A stretch of DNA of 59,007 nt, counting the filler, from Platydemus manokwari (lineage: Eukaryota): assembly GCA_037951405.1 (NCBI GenBank). It is 6 parts of 6 records of this genome, joined end to end, with 100 filler letters (N's around TTAATTAATTAA, not from the genome) between each part and the next. Parts side by side here need not be neighbours in the genome. Positions count along the whole stretch, not along the records: positions 9,936 to 20,244 come from JBBMOY011146660.1; positions 20,345 to 29,280 come from JBBMOY011326428.1; 4 more parts are not named here. The stretch is one strand, 5' to 3'. The notes beneath the pieces were generated by a model. The model was not told the DNA's origin, did not search any database, and saw only the letters and a program-made list of their open reading frames with translations. The first letter of the stretch is position 1. Each line of letters starts with the position of its first letter. Of this stretch, positions 13,901 to 27,940 are shown piece by piece. A program made the translations under genes and the position numbers.

Positions 13901-14220
13901 AGATGCTCTAAGATCCAATTAAGTTTGCCCCGTATAAATACTTGTTCTTCTGATAACTCACTCCTTGCCGGATCTATTAGGAAAGATTTTTGTCTACCAA
14001 CATTGGCAATGAAGGCAAGCCAATAATCGTTATTCCTATGTATCAGCCAAAGTACTATCGATGAAGTTCCTATATTCCGAAAAGAGAAAGCGGACAATAG
14101 CTATAGCAGGAGAGGCGGAATTAAAACTATACCTTTCCTACCAGACTATCAAAGACGAATATAACCTTCAATCGCTGGCGCGCTTAGCCATTGTGAAGTA
14201 AGATCGTCTTCCTCTAACTG
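10915..14220 (-). mobile_element. Degenerate NeSL-like (R2-group) non-LTR retrotransposon: Ulp1/C48 peptidase, RT and restriction-like endonuclease
   Basis: Peptidase: WLSAPAIEGY...NDYWLAF...LIDP...PRQLASFDCSLFV. RT: NSAPGNDG, VPDQWK, PLALMDTSYKL, NQKAFLSEVGCAEHN, LDLKEAFPSLPH, HADD, FNPSKC, YKYLG. RLE: ESMAHVLNHC, KHNAI, PDLII, VDLK, VGCLGSW. Many stops and frameshifts. Confidence 0.88.
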
Positions 14221-17200
14221 TAATGACAACAATATTTTGAATATTTATGTGTATATTGTTTTGAAATATGTGAATATTTACAACAACATTTATTTGTTAA
14301 TTGGTTTCTTCAATATTAAATAAATAATAAAAACTCTAAATAATGGAACTAAAATTAAATCGGTCCAGAGTCCAGCATGAAGTTTTATAAAATGACAGTC
14401 CATAAAGGTCCAGCAGTGAAAAATTAATGAATTGTTTGGTTTTTCGACTCTGACTGGAAATATAATTTGATCCTGTTGGAATTGTTTTCATTTTAATGGC
14501 AGTCCATTATAACTGATATTAATTACCAGATATTCTTAATGATTATGAACGACACGATAGGAATATGCTGATACTTTTTTAATTTTGTGTTATTTAATAA
14601 ATATTTTTTTGTTTTACATAAATAGTTTCATCTGTAATTTATGCGGGAATAAAATTTCTAAATATGAAAGTGAATTATTTGTTCGAGAAGAATTTTGTCA
14701 TTCATTCGACCTTATTGTATTGCAGTAAAGAAAAAATTATAAGATGTTTGTAACTGTAATAATTTGTCACCATCCCGTAAATTAGGTGGTATAAACGGAT
14801 ATCATTATGTATCTTCCTTTATGGTGAGAAAATATTTCCTGTAGAAAAGGAAATGTTAGAAACTGTCAATAAATTACTAAAAGTAGCTTTATTTACAATA
14901 TAAAAAATAAAATAAAATAATGATACAATATGATAAAATGAAATAATTCCAACCAACATATCTTGTCCCTAAAACCTCAATATAAACTTTCTTTTAATCT
15001 CTTTTCATTTCCGTTCTATCAAATTTTGAGAATTTAAATGATTTGTTTTAGTTTTGGGATAAATAATTCATAATACTCTCCAAAATAATCAATAAATGTT
15101 ATATTTTTCACTATAAACGTACCAAACCAGGCAAATTAGTAATACATAAAAAATCAATGAAACTGACCTAGTCTTCCATAAAAAATTCTCAATAGCTATG
15201 GCGTTGAAAGAAAAAATAGCTTAAACATAATCACAAATAGTCTATTTAGTAAGAGATCCATCCAATTATTAGTATGTATCTAGTCTTAGCAAATATCTTC
15301 GACTATACTTGATTAACTCAACTTTTTCTTTCTCTGCAGTTTGCTGCAAAAGGATACCCTTTCTTCTGATACATAATTACTGCCTTAATCCCTTTTAATA
15401 TGAATTTCGGTTTGTTGGTGATCACTTGACGAATTCGCCTGTTATTCTAGAAATTATTAGCATTACCTTGTGTTTGTGTTTCACTTGGTTTAAAATAAAG
15501 TTGAACTTTTGTAAAATAATGAGATTGTCATTCGTTTGTATCGGTATTTTACGAACTCTCTTCAGTTTCTTCTTACCTGATAAGATCAATTGCAATTTGT
15601 ATGAAGATGGATCATATATTAAAAGTAGTGAAGCATTATGAATCTTGACTGGTCCACTCATAGACGCACAAACCCATCCGTTACATTTTCAGCAGTTTGA
15701 GAGTGAGCAGAAAATACCAATGTAGAAAATATATTTCAAAAAACAATTTAAAACATCAATTCCAACTAATGAGAATGAACACATATGGATTAGAATCAAT
15801 ACTGATACATTAGTAATAGATTATGACAAAATAGTACTCATTTAAGGACTTCATTTAAGACGTTCTTTAAATGAAATGAATAAATGCTGAGGCAAACTAC
15901 GGGATTTTAGAATTGATGACAAAACTTTAATGCAAAAGAAATTATATATTCTAGATCAGAATATAACTTAAAAAGAAGAGGTTTCTGAAGTAATAACTTA
16001 AAATAACATCAGTAAAGTAATTAATTAATTGATAACTAAAAGTTTGACTGGAATATTTATATTGTCTTACATAAATTATATGATTTCGATAAGCTAATAA
16101 GTGTTATCAAACTGGATTAAACAATTTATATTACCTACAATTTATAAAATTATATCACGATGGTTTGAGATTTTCACTGGTTTTACCACTTATGCCAAAA
16201 ATTTCTTTCAAAACCAAGAATAAAGTCAGAAAAATTTCACTACAAGCTTGATTTGCAAACTCATTCCATGAAATCAAACGTAAGTTGGTGTTCAGATACA
16301 CACTGATCAAATAAATATATCAATAATGTTTCGATATACTCAATCATTCACTTTTTCACAGTATTTTAAGGGATCCTTAAATACTCAAACTACTTTATCA
16401 ATGAATTAGAGCAATCCATAAATATAAAAATTTTAAAAATACATTTTGAAAGTTATTTAAATTTTCTGGTGAGCTTATAATGTTTATGGTGAGCTTCTAA
16501 AATGCATGAAGAAAGACCTATTTCTACAAAGCAACATACTTGCAGAAAATTAATTATTATACTATGAGGAACAAATTCATTTATTATTATTATTATTATT
16601 ATTAATATTATTATTAATATTAATATAATTATAAGAAGTTATATAATTATGGATATAGAATTTTAAACCGATTTTACTATTTTTATTTTCTTAAATGATC
16701 TACAGGTGCATTAATTAAGCTGTAGATTTCTTGTGGAATGTTAGCCTGTTGAAGACCATTTCCGGTTTTCACATATTTTTAAATAGTTCTTCTCATTTTA
16801 TCTCTAAAATTCATAGCAATATTGAAAATTTCCTTTTTCGAAGTACATTTATTCTCTTAATATCATGAACTGAATTATTCGACAAACATTTTAACTTTTT
16901 ATCTTCATTAAAAATAATTCGAAATTATTTTAAGATTTTTCAAAAAATTTACAATTTTGATTTCATTGAAAATTGAAAATTTATTCCAACATTATTTTAT
17001 CAAATTTCTCAGTTCATTTATCGAGATACAAGATAATAAATATAAGGAACCCTTGAGAAAATTAAAATTGAATTAAATCTTTAAGGATTTAATTTTATAT
17101 AAAATGATATTAACTTGTGTAAATAATTGTATTGAAATACCTCTTTGGTGCCATTTACAAAGTCTAAATTTAAAAAAAAATTGTATGTAATTAAATTATT

Positions 17201-18069
17201 TTTATATTTGGATTCAAGTTAATTTAATTTTTAATAATTATTAAGCCTTTACAGTCATGCAATGTTTTTCCATTATTAATGATTGCTTCGTTCGGTAATA
17301 CAGACATTTACAGAAGACGCATTAATTGAAAATCAATTAACTTCGTCGTCAGTATTTTTGGGTTAAAATTTAAATCCTTTTTTTGAAAAATAAGCACATT
17401 CACAATAAATAAAATAAAAATATAAATTTAATATTTTATTTTATAGAAATAGCAATTTTCATTTTGTTATCCAAAATTAGAAAAAAAGTCTACTAACATG
17501 AAATACAATAAAAATCATTATCAGCTCATTTAAATTTACATTTTATTTTTAATTATTTTAAAATATTATATAAGACTTCTATTAATGCTCATTCGTATAA
17601 GGAAAATGTTTTGAGGGAAAAATAATTTAACAGATGTTAGCGGCTACTTTTAAATAAACCAAGCATTGAAAACGAACCAAAAAGTCATGTCACCAAATTT
17701 TTTGTTTAAATATAATTATATAAGCAAATTAATTTTATATAAAACCAGAATTAAATCTTTAAAAGTTTAATTCATTTAAGAATTCTCACATTTATTATGT
17801 TTTTGTTATATAAGACCAAGATGATGACTCGGATGATGAATATCATTTATAACTATAAATAAAATCATTAAATCCATATTAAAACGAATGAATTTCAATG
17901 GGTTTGTTGATAAATTTACTATTTGTTGTAAAATTAAAGTAGATAAAACACCACCTTTAATTGGATAAGAGGTAACTTTTTAGATATTAAATAAACCATC
18001 TAAATTTTGTCCCACCAGTTTTAAAATCAAGGATATAGTTATTAAATTATAAAATCTAATAAATTTAAT

Positions 18070-19060
18070 TTCGCACAAGCGATGATTAGATTGCTATAAT
18101 ATTTAGAAATGATAGAGTTTATATGATGGAATCTTATAAGTTTATTTATCAAATAAGAGTGGGAAGACAAATAATTATAACAAATAATTATCTTATAATT
18201 CAATATAATATTAACAAAAGAGAACAATGTTTCTGTACAAAATGCAGTTATTAATAAAAAGAATTACTTAGTGATCAAAATTGGAATACCCTTAAATGTT
18301 CAAGAAAGGGCAGATAGCCGCCTATTTTAAAAAATAAATATTTTTCGAAATTTATCAAATCCATGATATTCCATTTAGAGTTGTTTAAAATTTTAAATGT
18401 CACAATAGATCTAAAATCCAAATTGCAAATTATCATGATTAGAACGTTAATAAAGAAATTGAAGATATATGAATAATATTAGAAAGTAATGAACACAATT
18501 TATTTGATAATGTTAAGTCAATGAGAAAATTTATACGGAAATTGATAATGAACGAAAGTAATACAGTCCTTTCGTGACAAATTTTCGTGACAAATTCATG
18601 AGTAGTTATGCCAAAGTTAGAAAATAATATTTTAAAATTTTCAAAATATAATTCCTAAATAACATTTCTATTTATAATATAGGATGATCATGAATGTGTT
18701 AATATACGTGTCAATCTTAAGGTAATTCAACCACAGTTATATATAATAGACTACAAGATTTAATAAAAAAAGAAAGTAAATTGTTTCATGATGATTATTG
18801 CGCAAAAGAATTTATATCATAGCTTGACGGTAATGACATTTTTTACAATGGAATCTAATCAGAAATTTTGGAATTGAGATATCGAAACAGGATATAAGTG
18901 TTTTAACTAATTCTATTTATTTAATATAGATTTTATAGAAAAAGCAGGAAAAAACTGTGATAAAGGTCATGATTTAAAAAATATCGTTGATGGAATATTA
19001 TCATGTAAATTTTGTGATTCGTTAACTAGAAAGTCAAGAGATTTTCATTATATTTTATTA
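18070..19060 (+). pseudogene. Heavily decayed coding relic (clan-CE peptidase-like plus Cys/His cluster), probably transposon-derived
   Basis: SDD*IAIIFRNDRVYMMES resembles HW..V..DS; VQERADSRLF resembles Q..xDCGLF; downstream CDKGH...SCKFCD. Confidence 0.25.
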
Positions 19061-20167
19061 TAGTTCTAAATATGACTTTCATTTGATAATACAACACGTG
19101 CGTAATAAAAACAAGATGATAAAATATTATTTTTAATTGATGGAATTTATATTTCGCTTAATTATGGTTGTTTAAGTTTTTTAGATTAATGAAAACTTTT
19201 TCATAGCTATTTAAAAAGTATAAATAAGTCAACGAGAGATGATAAATTAAGATAACGCAAGTGAAGAAAAATATAGGGGATAAGGACAACTACTGAAACA
19301 AAGAAAAATTACCCATGAACTAAAAAGCATCTTATGTAACGTTAAATGAGGTGAAATTATCAAAAATTTAATTTTTAATTATCATTAGAATTTATGTGTT
19401 CAGTGCTTTTTTTATTCGAATGCAATGAATAAATATTTCTGTTTACAAATTCATGTTGCTATTTTAGTAGCACTCTGTATTTAGTATTACATATTAATAT
19501 TTCTGACTAACATAGTTATTTTTAACTAAGCATTCGTGAACAAAAGGTAAAGTCTATTTTTACATCTTAACTGAATTTTGATATGACCTTCAGTTCGATT
19601 TAACAAATTTTGAAAATTCTATATATATTTTTGTGTGTATTAATTCCATAGTGTTTCTATTTTACTTTCAAAGTTTTTATATTTATTGCTTGAAATTTTA
19701 AAACTTTGAGTAGTTACGATTTGTTAATATCAGTGTCGGACCTTAATAACAGATAATTGTTATTTTTGTTTAAAAATTTGACACAAACATGTATTGTGAT
19801 TTACAAATTTGTTTTATTTCTTAATTAAACGTTTCTAAAGAAAATTTTTTCTAAATATAAATGTAGCCAATAGATGTTGACAGATTAATAAATAAATTAG
19901 ATTAAGTTGAATATTTAATTTCATGCATATACTTTATGATACGTTTTAATCTATTTTAATCTATTCGAATATTTGCAAATTACATATTTATTCTTAGTAA
20001 ATATAATTAACAATAAAATAGAGATAATATTTGTTTAATTAAAATTTAGATTTTGTTATTTCGTTATCATCAAAATGTTATCTCGATAACCTCAAAACTA
20101 TCAAATATCAACCACATATAAAGAGAGTCTGCAACAAGTGATAATTCAAAACAAAATAATTCTAAAC

Positions 20168-20244
20168 TACACCCCGGCTAAAATTTTTAGACGCACCATA
20201 AAAAATTCGATCTTTTTGTGAAAATAGAGCCATATAACCAAAAT
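20168..20244 (+). mobile_element. Possible Tc1-like terminus at the contig end
   Basis: TA followed by CACCCCGGCTAAAATTTTTAGACGCAC; the contig breaks 77 bp in. Confidence 0.35.
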
Positions 20245-20344
20245 NNNNNNNNNNNNNNNNNNNNNNNNNNNNNNNNNNNNNNNNNNNNTTAATTAATTAA
20301 NNNNNNNNNNNNNNNNNNNNNNNNNNNNNNNNNNNNNNNNNNNN
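20245..20344. other. Artificial contig linker
   Basis: N44-TTAATTAATTAA-N44. Confidence 0.97.
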
Positions 20345-20489
20345 TTCAGCGTTATAACAATTTGTGTTAATAAAATACCTGCATAAAAACATGAATAACT
20401 TTTGACTCAACCTGGTATAATACATTTTTATAAATAACTTTAAAATTTTCATTCCTATTTTAGTTTGAAAAGTTCTACAACTTCAATAA

Positions 20490-21620
20490 TTTATCGGGAC
20501 AATCTTATTTCTACCTTTGAGATCCCAACACATTGAAAATCTTTCAAAATCAATTTGACTTTGAAAACCTTAAAGAATGGACGATCCCACATTGACTCAT
20601 TTGGCCTCCTATTGCTATTGATTTTATTAACAACAAAGTCAGTAGCTGACTTAACGACTTCAGTTTCAATATATGTTTGCCTACGCAGATAACCTTGCAT
20701 CTTTGGACAATTCTGGAGAAAACATTTGTCGCCGATAGAATTTGTGTCTGTTGCTACAAGCGTTCAAATCAAGATTCCATTCATAACGTGTGCGTATTTT
20801 ATAAGTAACCTTAATTATTCAGCAATACCAAAAATTGATGGGGTTCTTGTCCATGATAATAAGTGTTCAACAAAAATATAAATATCTTGTTTGGTGGTTC
20901 AAAGTGTCCCAAAATGTCATATTATTTAGATCAGGCCGTAACGGAATCCTCTGTAATTGTGGAAAGTATTTCTTACCTATCTTCAAATATTCATGATTTC
21001 ATTCATTTACTTTTATTCACTTGCGGTTCTCATTTCATTTCAACTGAAATGTCAACATTTGATGTCTTCATTTTCTGTATAAATGACAAACACCTTATTA
21101 TATTTCAGACTTGGGATTCGATGAAAAAAACACGATCTTTAATCAAAAGAGTTTGTCATACTAATTGGCTTAAGTCTTTCAGCAATGCCTTTATCTACAC
21201 TTTGAGAACAGTGTGGAGATTGGCTATTGTATCTTCACTTGAGGACCTGTGTAAAAGATATTGTAGTCACCTTATGTTTTCCTATCAATAGTGATAATGT
21301 ATTAAGGCACATTTTCACCAAGAAACCGTTACATGTGTGCAATTACCTTTTTGTATTCAAGTACAGTTCTGCTTTCCATGCTGCTCAAACTTGGTGGTCA
21401 AAATTTCGTTTGTAGTATATTGACATCAATGAGTATTGATTGTAAATTTTATTGAATAGAGTTTGATGTTTGGTTGAAAAATCTAAGGTGATGATACTGT
21501 TACTTACAATTTGGTGGTACAAAGAACATGAATCTCTGTTATACTTGTACTTTGTAAACAATAAACCACCAAAGACGTCATATTTTCTTTCGTCAATGTC
21601 CTTGATCGAATGTTTTGATG
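20490..21620 (-). mobile_element. Decayed Mutator/MULE-like transposase relic
   Basis: Fragments VFGGLLFTK (FLYWCH-like start), DILGHFEPPNKIF (DGTF..P..F-like), LVLLNN and NRRPNES; many lesions. Confidence 0.35.
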
Positions 21621-21799
21621 AAAAGTATGTTTGTCTAGAATAATATTTGGAAATTTGTCTTGAATGTTAGGGATAACAATTTGTAATTTAGAAATTGAAT
21701 CGTCCGCATTATAAAGGGATGACTATAATTATCGACATTGTATGACACATGTGAAGTAGTTTAAGAAATGTTGGACTAGATTGAATTATGATTAAATAC

Positions 21800-22301
21800 T
21801 GTTGGGTACAGAAATACCTTAAAATAATAATATTATAATATACACATGTTTTTCAAAGTTAAATAAATGATTTAGAATTTCAAATCAAATAGAAACAGCA
21901 AAATAGATATAAATTTAATTAGTCAAACCTAAAAATAGAGCAGATAAATTATTAAATATATAGATAATATAATAAAATAAAAGTTACTAAAATAAAATAC
22001 AAAAAATACAAACATAAAAGAAAAAGATGATAATCCGAAAAAACATTAAGAAACAAGTAGAATAGGGAACAAATAAATCAGAAAAAAAGTCAGTTTATTT
22101 ATCAATCGATCAGAACAGTTTGGCTTACTATACGAATTAATCTATCAGTCCACTATCGAACGCATATCCTTTGTGGTTTATGCACTTTAAACAAAATTGG
22201 AAACAAAAAAACCGAGATTATTAGGAAATATATATTATTACATCAAAAAATGTTATATATTTTAATATTATTATTATTTTAAGGTATTTCCGTACCCAAC
22301 A
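21800..22301. mobile_element. 502-bp non-autonomous TIR element (MITE) with TGT...ACA ends and 4-bp TSD ATAC (Ginger-like hallmarks)
   Basis: Imperfect TIRs of ~45 bp: TGTTGGGTACAGAAATACCTTAAAATAATAATA / TATTATTATTTTAAGGTATTTCCGTACCCAACA. ATAC at 21796-21799 and 22302-22305. Confidence 0.85.
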
Positions 22302-22512
22302 ATACATGGTGTGTATAATTTATTTATCGTTTTTATATTTTTATTACATTATATTAACTTAGTAGACCAGGTGTAGTATTCTACACTAGCCTTTTATGTT
22401 TTGAGGTCGTACTCCATCGTTTTTAATATATAAAGCTAGTGGCCAGTGTAATCATTACTCTAATAAGGCTTTTTTTGGCTTTATTTTGACTTCGTTATGG
22501 TAAGACTTGTGT

Positions 22513-22731
22513 TCAGGCTGAATTTTTCCGATAAGACTTTGTGTCGGTGTTAATTGTACTTCTACTTGGTGTTTTATCTCTATTTTCACCAGTTTGTATT
22601 TGATTTTCATTACAAATTATTTTCTTGTTGTCAAAGTGATCATAAACTGCTCTTGCAATTAAAATTAAATTACAATTAAATACTACGCAACAGAATATTA
22701 AAATCGATGTTGTGACTATATAAAGTTTCAT
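22513..22731 (-). CDS. Candidate small secreted peptide ORF (or pseudogene)
   Basis: MKLYIVTTSILIFCCVVFNCNLILIARA hydrophobic leader followed by a polar tail; no family recognised. Confidence 0.25.
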   Translation of the reverse strand: MKLYIVTTSILIFCCVVFNCNLILIARAVYDHFDNKKIICNENQIQTGENRDKTPSRSTINTDTKSYRKNSA

Positions 22732-23315
22732 TTGGATCAATAAAATCAACAAAAGTATTGCCTGTGAATCGTTAAACATTCATAAAATAAAGACTATACT
22801 ATTTAATAAAAAAATTTATTTAATATTTGAAGTTTATTGTTCAAATGGGTGTAATATTGAGTCCAATATTGATTAGTGATGACAATGTTTTTAATAATCG
22901 ATATTTTTGATATTTCGCAAGAGTTTGCTGTTGATTAGAAAACACAGATTGATAATGTATGGTTAAAATTTATCTAAATAATGACGTATTCTGATACATC
23001 AATTGATATCCCCGTGCCTCCTCTTTATCAACATCCATGTACATTTAATCTATTTTTATAAATCATTATTTTCAGAAAATTATTTTAAAAAATATTATTT
23101 ACATATCATAATGATTTATATCAGACGAAATAAAAATGCAATTCAATAACTAGACATTCATAATTTAGAAAAATGAATTTTCATGATTCTATTTTTAGTA
23201 ACATTTTCAATATTTATTTGGGATCAATTGATTTTTTCCAATGTTTGTGCCTTTTGGAAAACCAAACAAAATAAAATAAAATGACTTTGTTTCTGTTAAA
23301 TTTTTCATTTTGAAA

Positions 23316-23722
23316 ATGTTGAAAATTGTGAATACAATAATTGTTCTTATCGGTTTTATAAATGAAATCAATTGTGTAATCAATGGTATTATAACTCTAT
23401 ATTCCTGTGTCAGTACTTGTAACGCTGCATATGCAAAATTCAATAGTTGGTTGGAATATCTTGCAGGTATTTATTTCATTTGTATTTATTATCGGTTTGA
23501 CAAATTGATTCAATGAGTATCTGAGGTTTGGAAATGTTTATTTTATTAATATTTTTGTTTGGGAAAATGAAGAAAATCTTTGAGCAATTTAAATTCATTT
23601 TTGCAGGACCTTTCCCATCTTGTGTCGTAATTCCTGGTGTAGTTGTTGCTTGCTCTACTACTCAAGAGGCCTGTATAGCTGCATGTGCCGAGGCGATAAT
23701 CAGTTCGATATACATGTTTTGA
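23316..23722 (+). CDS. Small secreted cysteine-rich protein A, 88 aa; exons 23316-23466 and 23607-23722
   Basis: MLKIVNTIIVLIGFINEINC-VINGIITLYSCVSTCNAAYAKFNSWLEYLAG|PFPSCVVIPGVVVACSTTQEACIAACAEAIISSIYMF; phase-1 GT-AG intron; paralogue at 28711-29143. Confidence 0.78.
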
Positions 23723-24599
23723 CTTTCACTAACTATGTCATTCAGAAACTTCATAAATTCCTTTATTTTTATATTGTATTTGCATTTGTTATTAAATTGA
23801 TATTTATTTGTAAATTTATTAGTGACTTGTTTTTGATAAATTTATATGTTGTAATTGCAAATGTTTGGTAATTGTTAATCATGTCGATGATGAAAATAAA
23901 TGGAATAACTTGCACACTAAATATAAAATATTGTAATTTTTAATGTATGCCGAATTTCACGATAACTTATCATCATAAAATAAGAAAAATTTTCAATTAA
24001 AAAATAAATATATTATCATTATATTTCCATTATATTAATAAAATCAAACAAATATTAAAAAAACTATTTTTATCAAATCACATTTTATTTTATTTCTGGT
24101 TTTCCTAAGAGTTATTATAAACAAATATTTTTGGGATTTTAATGTGAATATCGTTGTAAAGGTGGTTAATGATGAAAATAAATAGAATATATCGACATTA
24201 AATGTTGTCAACAAACCTGAAGTAGTTCAATAATTCATAAAATCCGAAATTCACTGGTTTTTCGACATTCGATTAAAACTAGGCTGTTAGTATAATTTAT
24301 AATAAAAAATTTTTATAATTAAAATGATCATGGTTGAGAACCGTAATATCATATGGTAACAAGTGATAGGGATAACTATAAACCTGAGACTTCTGAAACT
24401 ATTGTATGTAAATTGTTAGATTCAGTATAATTTATACGAACGATCTATGAATCTAACAACGCTCGATGAATTCAACAAATAATGTTGATTATTTAGAATA
24501 TTTTTAACGGTTTTTTTGTGGCGATTACCTTCTAATTACTTTAAAAAATAAAATCAAAATATTTATAATAACCTTAGAATCAAGTTTCACCATTTATAG

Positions 24600-26600
24600 C
24601 AAGAATGCTTTGAGGAGAAGAAACGGTTCAAACACCTAGCTGCTCTCAATGAACAATGCAATATGATGACGACTTGTGTCTGACGTGTATGAATAATAAT
24701 CAAGCACATCTAATTGGCAAGCACATTTATATAACCACACCTACAGAGGTATTAATTCAGGCCTTTCCAATATTAGAGAAGTTATTGGAACGCACGAATA
24801 CATATCGAATTGAGGCCCAATTATTATTACAAATTTATGATTGACTGCACGGAGCAACTCATTGGGACAATCTACCGTCACTGTATGTAACTACACCACA
24901 GAGTATGGTAACTGGATTAAAAAATATCCCTGCTTTATCAAAGCAAACCGAGTAAGACAATGTATTAAACACAATAAACTCATAAAGGAACCTTTCACCA
25001 TCACAATTTGGGAAAACCTCGTCAATGACGGCGAATGTCTGGACACAGTATGTGTATTAATCAATGACAGTGAATCACAGTTATAAGGGAACCATAACCA
25101 GAAGAAGATCAGGTAAATAATCACCTCGAGGAACCTCTACAAACGGAAACTCAAGAAACCAATTGAAGAAGAAATCAAATCAAAATTTATTGTTGATTTA
25201 GATGTACAATCATTAACCATTCCAAACGTAAATAGAAGAAATTCGTGAAGGGGACAATCAAATAAATCCACCGCCCTACCCATACCCAAACCCGAGGTTC
25301 AGTCAACATTGAGAAAATGGCTAACATAATCAGCGCAAATGTTTCAATTATGTCTGATTATGAAATACAAAATTAATAAAAACCCTAATGCAAAAGTTGA
25401 AAGACAAACAAGGACTATCAAAATATCCGAAAAAATGGATGTATGTAGAGAAATACTCAATTCATTTGCAAACCTCGACACTGATCAAATCAACCAGCTC
25501 ATTATTACAAAAATATCAGTAAAATAATAATAACTGATCAATTAATTCGCAAATGGAAATCACATGACAACTGCACACCTGGAACACACAAGGTCCATTA
25601 CTCTCACCTAAAGTCACTTGATCCAAAAGGAATACTTCTGGAATCATTGTTCATCAAAATTATCACTAGTATTGAGACAGATCGAGATAATTATTCCAAC
25701 ATCTCAAACTGGAGACCAATCGCTTTGTCCAACTCCAACTACACACTATTCACCGGAATACTTGGGTGATCATTTACTACATTGAATCGCCCGGGAGAGA
25801 AAGACGGAAAGAAATATGAGGGTTGTATTGAGCACAATGCCCATTTGAATGCCATCTTTGAAGAACATAGGAGAACCGAAATGCCCACAGCAATAGCTTA
25901 GCTTGATATAAAAAATTCTTTTTCAAGTGTACCGCATGGACTAATGCTTGAAATTCTAAAAAACATGGCATTAATATTGACTTTCTGGATATTATTAAGG
26001 ATATCTGCTCAAATGTTTCAACACACTACAAATGTATGACCACAATTACAAACGAAATTCTATTAAATATTGGAGTAAATCAAGGATGTCCACTGTCGAT
26101 GATCCTAAAACCCCTAGTCTTTAATCCGTTCATTACAGCAATGGAAGCTGTCAAAGTCCCACATTATCAATTATTCAACGAGAAAATCAGAGTTCTCACA
26201 TGGGCACACGACATTGCCATCTTTACAAATAATTCAGTAAATCTCCAAATCATTATCGATGTCGCTACAAGTACTGCATTAAAATACATTTTAATATTCC
26301 AACTGCAAAAATGCGCGTTCATATATCCACCATATAAAAATTTCGTGTCAAAAATGTTACAATTAATCAACTACCGATAAAGAAACTAAATATTGAAGTA
26401 TTCTATCAATACCTTGGTGTATCAGTGGGATTCCAGGTAGATCAAACACCATATGACACTCTACTGAATTCTATAAAATTTAAAAAGCATCACTAACTCG
26501 AATCCGATGGATTTTCAAAAGATTCATGGAATCATTGCATATTATAAAATTTAACTTGGAGAACTTTTCATTCGCTAACTCGAATTTAGAATCAATATAA
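24600..26600 (+). mobile_element. Degenerate R2/NeSL-group non-LTR retrotransposon (RT region, 3'-truncated)
   Basis: SNWRPIALSNSNYTLF, EGCIEHN, LDIKNSFSSVPH, IGVNQGCPLS, WAHD (YADD position), KC, YQYLGV. The 5' boundary is approximate. Confidence 0.82.
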
Positions 26601-27529
26601 AGCCTTATAAATGCTAATTGTGGAGTAATACATTTGTAAACATGCCTATTATATTAATAAATTAAATTAATAATAAATGATGATATATGAAATTCAAATT
26701 AACAATTTAAATTTAAATCATTATATTATTGATTTTTCATAATTTATAAATATTTAATTAGATGATAAATATTAAAATGGTAGTGTTATCTCAATGAAAT
26801 ATGATTTTGTTTGTACTTTTCAAATCTACATTAAATAGTACTTTGATGCATTGCAAAATATAATTGTAAATTGAGATTGCAGACAGTAATTATTTAGTAT
26901 TAATAAAAATTTAATAATATGAATAAAAATAAATGATTTTTAGTAAATTACATTTTCTATGACATTTAATGGAACAACTATTCTTTTGGGATAAGCGGAT
27001 AACACTCTAGTTTGCTTATTTTCCCGATTCATATCACGAATATGATCGAACACCATATTGTAAATAGATATCGTAAGATCCACCATATAAATAGGATTAT
27101 ATATATGAAAAATAATATTTCATTATTTCATCGAATTAGTTTGGTCATTCTAAATAATAAATTAAATTTAATAATAAATCAAATAAATATAAAAAATTAA
27201 AATATTCTAATATTCGTTAATTTGTTCTTGAGAGAGAAAAATTAATGAAACACAATAACAATTCAAGATTTTTAACCAATTCAATCACTAGTGTAGAAAT
27301 TTGCTTTATTGAAAAGTCCACCACAACACAAGACTGGCGTTCTTTATTAACACTTAATTCGTGTTTATGAATTTATTATCTTAAATCGATATTTAAAAAA
27401 GGTTTTTTAATAGTTTTAATTAAATGATTTTTGCTTTAATATTTATACTTGAATTATCGTGAATGAGTTGTTTTTTCCAGTAAAATACTGGGCATATTTG
27501 GACTTATGATTTCCGACACAGAATGATCT

Positions 27530-27940
27530 TCTTCCGTGCTACCTTAATCGCAAAATCGTGTTCAATCTCAGAGTGCAGAACAATTACTTTTTAAATCTGT
27601 CTACATATTCTGTCAGTGGGAATGGTGACTGCTGCCTTATAAAGGTAACGATGATTCATATGTAGAAATTGTACGATCATAATATAATGTCGGGCATTAT
27701 TCATATTAGAATTTATTTATCGTCAGGAGAAATTGCCTCTGATTAAATTTAATATTATTCACCCTCTCCATCAATTCTGCTCAATAACAGGTGGCAATTT
27801 AAAGAAAAACTTTGAGATTTAAAATCTCCTGCTCTCATTTTATAAGAATCTTTCATTGTTTTTGATTGGACAAATTATTCGAGTATGATGCAGGATTGTT
27901 GTTGTAATATGTTGGGGACTCAAGAAATAATATTGATTAT
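27530..27940 (+). pseudogene. Possible decayed OTU-like peptidase fragment
   Basis: YSVSGNGDCCL resembles the OTU V.GDGNC motif; later a frameshifted WG/TQEI. Confidence 0.2.
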
